This document shows, piece by piece, positions 27,446-36,739 of a stretch of DNA of 56,617 nucleotides. The stretch comes from an uncultured Candidatus Saccharibacteria bacterium (GTDB lineage: Bacteria; Patescibacteriota; Minisyncoccia; Phycocordibacterales; UBA9973). The notes under the pieces were generated by a model that made no database searches, was not told the origin of the DNA, and saw only the letters and a program-made list of their open reading frames with translations. Numbering within the stretch: the stretch's first letter is position 1; the number at the start of each line of letters is the position of its first letter. The stretch lies in contig CAZSFP010000002.1 of the NCBI GenBank assembly GCA_964606285.1, positions 109,890 through 166,506 of the forward strand, read 5' to 3'. Both the position numbers and the translations under genes were made by a program.

Positions 27446-30400
27446 ATGGATAAAATTTCAGACTACAACCTTCTTGATCTCTCCCGCATATCCGTTCATG
27501 GTGTCGATATGTTTATCACTAAGCGGTTTCAGTTGCATTATGGAAATGACAATTATGAATCATTGTCGGCGGATATCTTCTCTCGCTTTGCAAAACATGA
27601 TTCAGTGGTGATCGATATTGGTGCTCATTATGGATATTATTCGCTGCTTGCGGCAAAAAAAGGCGCAACTGTTTTCTCATTTGAGCCGGTAAAAGAGAAT
27701 TTTGAAATTCTTAATAAAAATATCGCGATTAATAATTTTAATACTGTTATTCAGTCACACAACGTTGCATTATCGAATGCAAGCGGAGAAAAGACTTTTA
27801 ATATCGCTGAAGCATCGGACTCTTCTTCTTTTCATGATCATCCACTAACTCATACTATTGAAAAAAGAATGATAAAAACGACCTCTCTCGATTCATTTTT
27901 TACTGATCAAAAGATCGATCTTGTTAAGATTGATACCGAAGGGCATGAGATCGAAGTTTTGGAAGGTATGAAGGATACAATTACTAGAAATCCTGATATA
28001 AAACTTCTTATTGAATTCAATCCGAAATGTTTAAGGTCTGCAGGCAAGAATCCTTCAGATATGCTCGTGTGGTTGTCACAACGAGGTTTTGATATTTTTT
28101 TTATACAAGACACAGAAAATAAAATATTTAAATTAGGAGATGATATAGATAAATGGAAAGAGATTATTCCACCGATGGGATACGTTAATATCCTTTGTGT
28201 AAAAAAAGAGACAACACATTTTATTTCTTTTATTTCTCATTCTGTCGGTATGGCGGGAGCTGAAAGATCGTTGCTTGAGCTTATCGATGGATTAAAAGTT
28301 CGTGGAATGATATGCCACGTCGTTCTTCCGGGTGAAGGTCCGATAGAAGAAGAATTGAAAAAGAGATTAATAACGTATGACATATTGCCTTATAGATTTT
28401 GGACAATGGGGGAGCATGAAGACGTCAGAGACATTGATATGATTATTACTGAACAATCGCTTGCTCTGGCGGCACTGCTTGATTTAGTGAACTCAGATAT
28501 TGTGTATACAAATACCTCAGTCATAAATGTGGGTGCATTGGCAGCAAAAATTTTGAGCAAGCCACATGTGTGGCATATACGAGAATTTGGTGAATTGGAT
28601 CACAATATGAAATTTACGCTCCCCATCAGAGAACGATCAAAATTTGTATATGATCATTCAGTACGAGTTATATACAATTCAAAAGCCGTCGAGAAATACT
28701 ATCTTGGAGATGTAAAAAAAAGTGATGTTGTCTATAATAACGTTAATGTAGACAAGATACACAATATAAACGAGCAGATATTTATCCGACCGGGGTCATA
28801 CAAACTTGCTGTTATGGGCACTGCTCATTCTGGTAAAAATCAAGAAGATGCGATCTGGGCCGTCCAAGACCTTGTTAAAAGTGGGGTAAACGTCGAATTG
28901 GTCATTGTCGGTGATGGCGAACGTACATATGTTGAAAAATTAAAAAATATAGTTTTTGAAAATGAATTAGAAGATTATGTTCGATTTTTAGGGGTAGTTA
29001 AAAATCCATACTCTATTCTAAGTAAAATAGATGTTTTGATCGTTTGTGCAAAAAATGAGGCGTTTGGAAGAACTATTGTTGAAGCAATGCTTCTTCAAAA
29101 ACCAGTTATCGCACCACGAAGTGGTGGTGTTCCAGAAATTATAACCGATGGAATTAATGGATTGTTGTATGCTTCGGGGAACTTTAAAGAATTGGCTGAA
29201 AAATTGAAATTTCTTTGGAACAACAAAGAAGAAGGTTTTTTGTATGCAAAGAATGCATATGCATTCGCGAGGGAACATTTTAGTGATAAAAAATATTCTG
29301 GAAAAATTACAAATATCATCTCTCATATAGGTGATGTCGTGTCATCAAGCTTACATTCTTTATATACAAGAGTATGGAAATTCCAAAGTTCTGCACTGCA
29401 CAAAAAAAATTATGAAATTTTTGATTTGATGCAAGATTTGCATAAGAAAAACCAGGATATTTCTCGCTTGGATCATAAAATACGTGAAGATGCAGAAATC
29501 TATAAGACAGAGACAACGGCTCTGTCTTCACAAATTGCCCACATGGAACAGTCTGAGCGTGTTCTTGATGCCGAAAAAAAGACGCTCGCACAGCAGCTTG
29601 TAGATCAGCGGAATAAGTTTTTTGAAGAATATAAAATAGTCCAATCTGAATTAGTTTCTGCTGTAGGAACTATAAATAACCAAAACAGGACATTGCGTGA
29701 AAAAGAGTCCTCTATCTCGTCGTTGCGGGCATCCGTGGAAGACAGGGACATGCACCATGCGCTCAAAGATAGGGAATTGGAAAAATTGCGGGAAATAATT
29801 TCAAATCTTTCGCTTGAAATTCGATCAATGCAGGGATCAAAATTCTGGAAAATCCGTTCATTGTATATGCGTTCAAAATGGGCATTGTTTCATCCTGTTA
29901 AATTTATAAAGAAATATTTTTACACTTTTTTCCCATTTTTAAGAAAAAAGAATGTCGCTTTATATATTGCGTCAAACGGCAATTATTTTTTTCGAGAAAT
30001 CCTTTCCTTTGTTCAAGAAGGATTTCTCGAACTCGGATATGATGTCGTCGTGAAAGACGAATATGACGAATTCGGCGGCAATTTTGACTGGCATGTCGTT
30101 GTGGCTCCTCATGAATTCTTTTATCTTGGTACCGGATGGGTTGCACGCGACGGCGTGTGGCCATCACGGACTATCATCATCAACCTTGAACAGCCAAATC
30201 TTCCATGGTTTGAAAAAGTCGAGCATTGTATGCACAAGGCATATGCGATCTGGGATATCAATTATGAATCCAGTTTGATTCTTGCAAAGAAACATCCCCG
30301 AGTTTCTTTTTTTCCGCTCGGATACAGCAAGTCAACCGAGAAGCTTAATACGGTTCTTCATTTGCCAAAAAATCAAACAACAGAAATGCTTGATGCTTCT

Positions 30401-30931
30401 TCGATGGTCGGAAACTTTCGCGACGTGCCTTTTTCAAGACGCCCGATAGATATATGTTTTATTGGCGGGTTAAGCGATCGTCGTGATGTGTTTTTTGCCC
30501 GATACGGTTCATTTTTTACCAAATACAACTGTTACTTTTATTTTTGGAATGTGCAGCAACCAAGTATTACGGGAACAAATACGTCCATGGACACACTGAC
30601 AGCACAGGGAATAATCCAAAGATCAAAAATTCTTATTAATATCCATCAGGGAGATCATCCGTATTTTGAATGGCATAGGATTGTGAATCAGGGTATCGCC
30701 AACAAGACGCTCATTATAAGCGAAATATGCACGAACGGAGACGAATTTAATCCCGGGGAAGACTTTATTGCGTCAAATTTGGATGATATTCCGAGGCTCA
30801 TAGAATATTATCTTGATTCCGCACATCATGCGTATGCTCAAAATATCATTGATGCTGGTTATAAAAAATTCAAAACGAGATACGGTATGAAAAATAGCAT
30901 AGAAAAAACATTGAAGAACATGAGCGCATAA
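27446..30931 (+). CDS. multidomain protein: FkbM-family methyltransferase / GT4 glycosyltransferase / coiled coil / uncharacterised C-terminal domain
   Basis: 1161 aa. FkbM pattern VIDIGAHYGYYSL...FEP...TSLDSF...IDLVKIDTEGHEIEVLEGM. GT4 pattern NEAFGRTIVEAMLLQKPVIAPRSGGVPEIITDGINGLLY. A ~150-aa heptad-rich segment spans about aa 640-790. The C-terminal ~360 aa are unassigned. Confidence 0.85.
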   Translation: MDKISDYNLLDLSRISVHGVDMFITKRFQLHYGNDNYESLSADIFSRFAKHDSVVIDIGAHYGYYSLLAAKKGATVFSFEPVKENFEILNKNIAINNFNTVIQSHNVALSNASGEKTFNIAEASDSSSFHDHPLTHTIEKRMIKTTSLDSFFTDQKIDLVKIDTEGHEIEVLEGMKDTITRNPDIKLLIEFNPKCLRSAGKNPSDMLVWLSQRGFDIFFIQDTENKIFKLGDDIDKWKEIIPPMGYVNILCVKKETTHFISFISHSVGMAGAERSLLELIDGLKVRGMICHVVLPGEGPIEEELKKRLITYDILPYRFWTMGEHEDVRDIDMIITEQSLALAALLDLVNSDIVYTNTSVINVGALAAKILSKPHVWHIREFGELDHNMKFTLPIRERSKFVYDHSVRVIYNSKAVEKYYLGDVKKSDVVYNNVNVDKIHNINEQIFIRPGSYKLAVMGTAHSGKNQEDAIWAVQDLVKSGVNVELVIVGDGERTYVEKLKNIVFENELEDYVRFLGVVKNPYSILSKIDVLIVCAKNEAFGRTIVEAMLLQKPVIAPRSGGVPEIITDGINGLLYASGNFKELAEKLKFLWNNKEEGFLYAKNAYAFAREHFSDKKYSGKITNIISHIGDVVSSSLHSLYTRVWKFQSSALHKKNYEIFDLMQDLHKKNQDISRLDHKIREDAEIYKTETTALSSQIAHMEQSERVLDAEKKTLAQQLVDQRNKFFEEYKIVQSELVSAVGTINNQNRTLREKESSISSLRASVEDRDMHHALKDRELEKLREIISNLSLEIRSMQGSKFWKIRSLYMRSKWALFHPVKFIKKYFYTFFPFLRKKNVALYIASNGNYFFREILSFVQEGFLELGYDVVVKDEYDEFGGNFDWHVVVAPHEFFYLGTGWVARDGVWPSRTIIINLEQPNLPWFEKVEHCMHKAYAIWDINYESSLILAKKHPRVSFFPLGYSKSTEKLNTVLHLPKNQTTEMLDASSMVGNFRDVPFSRRPIDICFIGGLSDRRDVFFARYGSFFTKYNCYFYFWNVQQPSITGTNTSMDTLTAQGIIQRSKILINIHQGDHPYFEWHRIVNQGIANKTLIISEICTNGDEFNPGEDFIASNLDDIPRLIEYYLDSAHHAYAQNIIDAGYKKFKTRYGMKNSIEKTLKNMSA

Positions 30932-30936
30932 ACTAT

Positions 30937-33900
30937 ATGTCGAAAATTACAAAAGTACTACAAAAAAAGAAATCAGAAAAACCCGCAGACGTGTGTGTTC
31001 TTTTGACATCATATAACTATGAATCTTTTGTCATAGAAGCACTCGATTCAATCCGAAATCAATCATTTGAATCTTTGGATATTGTTGTTATTGATGATTG
31101 TTCCACAGACAATTCTCAGGAAAAGATCTCTGCGTGGTTCGAACAGTATGGAGACAGATTTAATTCCTATGCTGTTCTTCGAAATCTTTCAAATCAAGGG
31201 GTTGTATTTTCTCGAAATGCTGCATTACGACATGTTGATAGTGAATTTGTTTTTATGCTCGATGCGGACAATATCGCATACCCGTCCTGTATACAAAAAT
31301 TATTTAATGCATTGCATGTTTCCGGTAAAGAATTCGCATATCCGATATTGGAACGGTTTGACAAAGAAACTCGGTTGATAAATCTGACACCTTGGAATCC
31401 AAAACTATTTTACCTGGGGAATGCTATCGACAACATGGCATTGTATAAAAAAAGCGCGATATTGGCTGTTGATGGGTATAGTCCTGATATGAAAGGTACT
31501 GGATGGGAAGATTTTGAATTGTTTATAAAGTTCGCCCAAAAGGGATTTAGTGGATGTCATGTTCCAGAAATACTTGCTCGCTATCGAGTACACGGCATGT
31601 CATCCGTGACAGATATTGCAATCCTGAACAATGAATCACGCTGGAAATATCTTCGAGAAAAACATGCACAATTTTTTGCTGAAGTTTCTCAAAATAATGA
31701 AATAGAAAATGAAAAGGTTGTTCTTTCCGGCACACGGAAACAATCCTTTGCCGATCGGGCAAAATGGGCATTGCACAATCCTCTTAAATTTTCCAAAAAA
31801 TACATTTGGAAAAAAACCCCGCAGTACAGTCAGATTCGATGGGCATTGACCAACCCAGATCTGTTTGCAAAGAAATATTTCTTGAAAAGACGTCATAAGG
31901 TTGCTCCGAGTACTATGCCACATGTGGAAAATGCTCCCTTGCAAGAAAAAGCCCTACGAACGGTCTATTATATTTCAAATGTTATGGAAGGGGGATCGAG
32001 AAAATATATTCTTGACCTGATGGATGCTTTTGAGAACAGTAATCTGAAATTTGTACAGATACGAAACAAGCACGATATAGAATTGTATAAAAATGAATTT
32101 AAAAAAGATGACATATTGTTATTCCAGTATCTTTTTTTTAGTGATTTCACACTAGAGGACATTGTCGATATTAAAAAGAATTATAATTTCAAATTAATTG
32201 TTCCAGTCCATGATTTCTATTTTTTAGGGCAGTTATCGGAGAATTTTTATGAATTTAACGTGGCTGTTCATTCTAATTATCTTACTGTAACAAAATTGCG
32301 CGACGATGTTATCGGTCTTTTGAACGAAGCGTCTGTTGTTATCTATCCTTCAGAGTTTGTCAAGAATGTTTTTGATGCTCTGCATGTTTTTGAACATGCG
32401 GTATTGTCGCGGCATATTGATTATACTGTCCATGATTTTTGGAACATACCTGTCATTTCTGATCATATCAATGTGGCGATTATAAACAATATCACCATAT
32501 ACAAAGGAGATGGAGAATATCCCAAATTATTTAATGTAAAAAAATATAAAAATCATACCATCAGATACCATGTGTTTGGTGAATATCGCGTGGAGTCGTC
32601 AAATGTTGTTTTTCACGGACCATACAAGGAAAACGAGATATTTTCTTTGCTTAAAAAACATAATATACATGCATTGGCTTTTCTCAATGAATTTGGCGAA
32701 ACATACAGTTATTCTCTTACGAAAGGGATTAATTCCGGTTTGCCGATATTATATTCGAATATCGGGGCCTATGTGGAAAGACTCAAAAACAACCCACGAT
32801 TTTTCCCTATTCATGATAAGGATAAAATTGAAATTGATCTCAACAAGATGTTGCGTGTGATTATTGAAAAACAGGGAATATCTATCGGAACTAAACCAGA
32901 AAAGCTGGAAAAAACAGTGCCTGATGTGTATAAAAAAATATTCTTTATCAACTATGAATTGATTTTGTCTCATATGTATGCAAAAAATACATTGGCATAC
33001 AAAAAATTGTCTACCGTTGTTGAACCATATGCTATCTATTTTCCACAATTTCATGCCTTGAAAGAAAATAGTAAGACTTTTTATGAAGGATATCATGACA
33101 TGATAAATCTTGAAGATGCAAAGAAAGTTGATTCTCGTATTGAAACACCTCTTAAAAATTATCTCGGATATTACAATCTCAAGACAACGCAAGATATAAT
33201 AGAAAAACAAATTTTTATTGCAAAGTCATATGGATTTCGCGGTTTTGGAATATATTATTATTGGTTCAGTCAAAATTCGGTGACAGGAAATCATATGCTT
33301 ATGAAGGATGTTGTCGACAGATTTTTCAAGGAAAAAACAGACGGATTTGACGTATTTTTCATCTACGCAAACGAGAGTTGGAGCAATAATCCCGCATTCA
33401 ACCAGCATTCAAATGAATATATAATCAGAAATGAATATGATGAAGAAAATATCCGAAAGAATTTTGAAAATTTACTGCCGTATTTTAAGCATGAAAATTA
33501 TAAAAAAATAGAAAACAAGCCGGTGTTGTTCCTGCATCATCCATGGGAAATGACGAAAGGCGAATTCGACAGATTCTCCTTGATAGGAAACATTGTTTTA
33601 AAGAAAAATGGATTTTCAGGGATTGAGCTTGTGGTCAATGCGATGCATGGCCGGTATGACGGATATCACAACTATTCACATCACCCTGACTATAAAAATA
33701 CCAATGTGTTTATGAGTAATGAAAATGGTGGGAAGTATATCGATTATAGAAAATATGTCGATGAGTATTTGCCGCGTGTGCAGCACAGTCTTTCTGACAT
33801 ACGAACTGTTTTTTATAATTTTGACAATAGTGTGAGATATTTGAATCATCAAAATAAAAATATTTTGATAACAAAAACAAAAAATAATACACTAGAATAC

Positions 33901-36012
33901 TTCAGAAAGTTTTTATATTCTGAAATGCACGGATACTTTCAGCGAGAAAAGAAAAACAAGATATTGTTGATCAACTCATGGAACGAATGGGGAGAGCAGA
34001 TGGCTATGGAGCCAAGCAATGAATCAGGATTCAAGCTTCTTGATGTGTTTCAGAAGACTGTGGTCGAGTCATGCTGGAAGTACGGTAACAGGAAACATAA
34101 AATATTATACGTTGGGCATGATGCTGGATACTATGGAGCACAGTTGTTGTCTCTGTATATCATAAAAGAATTGAAGCAACGATTCAATTTTGACGTGTCC
34201 ATGATCATAAAAGCGGGTGGACCACTCGAAAATGAATATAGGAAATACGCGACGGTGTATAATTTTTCCGATCCAGAATATACTCAAAACAAAAAAGAAG
34301 AACTATTGCACAGCATGCATAAAGACGGCATTGCGTACGCAATAATAAATACCGTTATTTGTGGGGATATATTGGGCATGGCGCATGATGCGGGTATGAA
34401 AACACTCTCGCTCGTACATGAGTTGCCTGGGGTCATTGAACAATTCAATGTATTGAATAATGCAAAAACTATTATTGAAAAAGCGGATCATGTGATATTT
34501 CCGTCATCTTTTGTAAAAGATAAATTTTCGACGCTTGTTCCTTTGCAAAAAAACAATATCAGTGTTCGACCGCAGGGATTGATTCGCCAAAATCCATATA
34601 AACACACAAAAGATACTGCTCGGACACTGTTGAGAAAAAGCCTCGGGATTCCCGAAGGTGCTTTTGTTGTATTGGGAGTTGGGTCTGGTAATCTGAGAAA
34701 AGGAATTGATCATTTTTTTGAAGTTGCACAAAAAACAAAAGATTCTCGCATATATTTTGTATGGGTTGGTACTATTGATATTGAAATAAAAGATCAATTG
34801 TTTTCTAAGATAAAAAAATGGGACAATATACGACTTATTCCCGATACTGAAGACATATCTTTGTATTATGCCGGGTCTGATCTGTATTTGTTGACATCAC
34901 GTGAAGATCCTTTTCCGATAGTTGTTATGGAATCAATGTTTGTTGGTGTCCCTGTTGTTGCATTTGATGGTGCGGGAGGATTTGTTGATATTGTGACAGA
35001 GGAAATGGGGATACTTGTTCCCTTGGGAAATACTGCTGCCATGGTTCTTGCAATCGAGAATCTTTTTAAGAATCCTCAGATACTGCAACAGCTTGGGACA
35101 AATGCCCAGAAACTTATAGAAGAAAATTTTATTTTCAAGGATTATATGTATGATCTGTTGAATCAGCTTGGTTTTTCATACAAAAAAGTGAGTGCTGTCG
35201 TGCCGAATTATAATTATGGAAGATATCTTACAGATAGACTCAATTCTATAGTTTTCCAATCATATCCACTGTATGAAATCATTGTGCTCGATGATGCTTC
35301 GTCTGATGATAGTGTTGAAATTATTGATGAATATATTGCTCATACAGAATTCAAAGATATACGAAAAAAAGTCAATGACAAGAATTCAGGGTCGGTATTT
35401 CGTCAATGGTCTGTCGGCATTGATGAGGCAATGGGGGATTTTATATGGATGGCTGAAGCAGATGATCTTTCTGAGCCTTTGTTTCTTGAAAACATCATGA
35501 AGGGTTTTGATACACAGGAAGTCGTCATTAGTTATTGTCAATCAAAAACGATTGATCAGAATGGAGAACGTATTACGGATGATTATCTTGATTATCTTAC
35601 AGATATAGATGATGAAAAATGGAAGACGGATTACATCGTTTCTGGTAAAAAGGAAATTGCTGATGTGATGGTTATAAAAAACAGTATTCCAAACGTTTCT
35701 TCTGTCGTGTTTAAAAAAATATCATTTGATCCTGATCTTTTTCAAAAAATGGCAACATTTTCCGTTGCGGGAGATTGGTATTTTTATATATGGATGCTGG
35801 GACGCGGAGATATCGCCTATACGTCGAAAAACCTGAATATTCACCGGTTGAATACGTTGGGCGTTACAAGAAAGACTGACCAAAAGAAACATTTCAATGA
35901 AATCGTTACAATACAGAATTATGCCATGTCAAATTATTCTGTTTCTGATAAAACAAAGAAAAAGATGATAGACTATAGAAATAAAGTTAAAGAGAATTTT
36001 AATCTGATATAA
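30937..36012 (+). CDS. 1691-aa multi-module glycosyltransferase (GT2 / unassigned / WbsX-like / GT4 / GT2)
   Basis: N-terminal GT2 (VCVLLTSYNYESF...VVIDDCSTDNS). A WbsX-like segment (AIYFPQFHALKEN...). GT4 (REDPFPIVVMESMFVGVPVVAFDGAGGFVDIV). C-terminal GT2 (VSAVVPNYNYGRYL...IIVLDDASSDDS). Confidence 0.85.
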   Translation: MSKITKVLQKKKSEKPADVCVLLTSYNYESFVIEALDSIRNQSFESLDIVVIDDCSTDNSQEKISAWFEQYGDRFNSYAVLRNLSNQGVVFSRNAALRHVDSEFVFMLDADNIAYPSCIQKLFNALHVSGKEFAYPILERFDKETRLINLTPWNPKLFYLGNAIDNMALYKKSAILAVDGYSPDMKGTGWEDFELFIKFAQKGFSGCHVPEILARYRVHGMSSVTDIAILNNESRWKYLREKHAQFFAEVSQNNEIENEKVVLSGTRKQSFADRAKWALHNPLKFSKKYIWKKTPQYSQIRWALTNPDLFAKKYFLKRRHKVAPSTMPHVENAPLQEKALRTVYYISNVMEGGSRKYILDLMDAFENSNLKFVQIRNKHDIELYKNEFKKDDILLFQYLFFSDFTLEDIVDIKKNYNFKLIVPVHDFYFLGQLSENFYEFNVAVHSNYLTVTKLRDDVIGLLNEASVVIYPSEFVKNVFDALHVFEHAVLSRHIDYTVHDFWNIPVISDHINVAIINNITIYKGDGEYPKLFNVKKYKNHTIRYHVFGEYRVESSNVVFHGPYKENEIFSLLKKHNIHALAFLNEFGETYSYSLTKGINSGLPILYSNIGAYVERLKNNPRFFPIHDKDKIEIDLNKMLRVIIEKQGISIGTKPEKLEKTVPDVYKKIFFINYELILSHMYAKNTLAYKKLSTVVEPYAIYFPQFHALKENSKTFYEGYHDMINLEDAKKVDSRIETPLKNYLGYYNLKTTQDIIEKQIFIAKSYGFRGFGIYYYWFSQNSVTGNHMLMKDVVDRFFKEKTDGFDVFFIYANESWSNNPAFNQHSNEYIIRNEYDEENIRKNFENLLPYFKHENYKKIENKPVLFLHHPWEMTKGEFDRFSLIGNIVLKKNGFSGIELVVNAMHGRYDGYHNYSHHPDYKNTNVFMSNENGGKYIDYRKYVDEYLPRVQHSLSDIRTVFYNFDNSVRYLNHQNKNILITKTKNNTLEYFRKFLYSEMHGYFQREKKNKILLINSWNEWGEQMAMEPSNESGFKLLDVFQKTVVESCWKYGNRKHKILYVGHDAGYYGAQLLSLYIIKELKQRFNFDVSMIIKAGGPLENEYRKYATVYNFSDPEYTQNKKEELLHSMHKDGIAYAIINTVICGDILGMAHDAGMKTLSLVHELPGVIEQFNVLNNAKTIIEKADHVIFPSSFVKDKFSTLVPLQKNNISVRPQGLIRQNPYKHTKDTARTLLRKSLGIPEGAFVVLGVGSGNLRKGIDHFFEVAQKTKDSRIYFVWVGTIDIEIKDQLFSKIKKWDNIRLIPDTEDISLYYAGSDLYLLTSREDPFPIVVMESMFVGVPVVAFDGAGGFVDIVTEEMGILVPLGNTAAMVLAIENLFKNPQILQQLGTNAQKLIEENFIFKDYMYDLLNQLGFSYKKVSAVVPNYNYGRYLTDRLNSIVFQSYPLYEIIVLDDASSDDSVEIIDEYIAHTEFKDIRKKVNDKNSGSVFRQWSVGIDEAMGDFIWMAEADDLSEPLFLENIMKGFDTQEVVISYCQSKTIDQNGERITDDYLDYLTDIDDEKWKTDYIVSGKKEIADVMVIKNSIPNVSSVVFKKISFDPDLFQKMATFSVAGDWYFYIWMLGRGDIAYTSKNLNIHRLNTLGVTRKTDQKKHFNEIVTIQNYAMSNYSVSDKTKKKMIDYRNKVKENFNLI

Positions 36013-36014
36013 AC

Positions 36015-36710
36015 ATGATTGTTGGAAACGGAATGATCGCAAAAGCATTTGATTCGTACAGAGACAATGATGACGTCTGTCTTTTTGCGAGTGGTGTCTC
36101 AAATTCACGGGAAACGGAAGCCGCAGAATTTGAGCGGGAATACAATCTTTTGAAGAAAACAATCGAAGAAAACAGACAGAAAACACTTATATATTTCAGT
36201 ACGTTTAGTGTCAATGACAAAAGCCTGTCTTCCACTCCATACATCATCCATAAAAAAAATATTGAGCAGTATATTCAATCCCTAGACATTGAATATTATA
36301 TTTTCCGTGTCACTCAGGTTGTTGGCCACGCAACAAACGAAACGCTTGTAAAAAATTTTTTCAATAAAATACTGCACGAAGAAAAAATAACATTGTTTAA
36401 CAAAAGCACCAGAAATCTAATTGATGTAGATGATATTTGTAAAATTGTTAATTTTTTAGTTAGTCGAAATCTGTACAAGAACAACATTTCTACTGTTGCA
36501 TCACCGTTTCAGATAACCCCCCTGGAATTAATTATGTATTTGGAAGATATCGTTGGCAAAAAGGCGATATATACCATAGAAGACGTTGGTGAGTTGTATG
36601 ATGTTGACATATCACATATCGAGCCTTATTTTGATGAAATGGGAGTTTCATTTCATCAATCATACATAAAAGACACACTGCAAAAATATTTTTCACATGT
36701 GAAGACATAG
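36015..36710 (+). CDS. putative NAD(P)-binding Rossmann-fold protein (short SDR/epimerase-like)
   Basis: 231 aa. N-terminal MIVGNGMIAKAF (GxGxxA). Tightly follows the mega-GT gene. Confidence 0.45.
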   Translation: MIVGNGMIAKAFDSYRDNDDVCLFASGVSNSRETEAAEFEREYNLLKKTIEENRQKTLIYFSTFSVNDKSLSSTPYIIHKKNIEQYIQSLDIEYYIFRVTQVVGHATNETLVKNFFNKILHEEKITLFNKSTRNLIDVDDICKIVNFLVSRNLYKNNISTVASPFQITPLELIMYLEDIVGKKAIYTIEDVGELYDVDISHIEPYFDEMGVSFHQSYIKDTLQKYFSHVKT

Positions 36711-36739
36711 AATACTTTTCCTTTCTTCTCTGCGATATC

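Noticed and set aside
31405-34797. Many 60-153-aa minus-strand ORFs inside the 1691-aa glycosyltransferase gene (for example 32749..33210)
   Set aside because: The AT-rich sense strand leaves few stops in antisense frames. The products are I/F/K/N-rich noise, and the sense frame has recognisable GT2, WbsX-like and GT4 motifs throughout.
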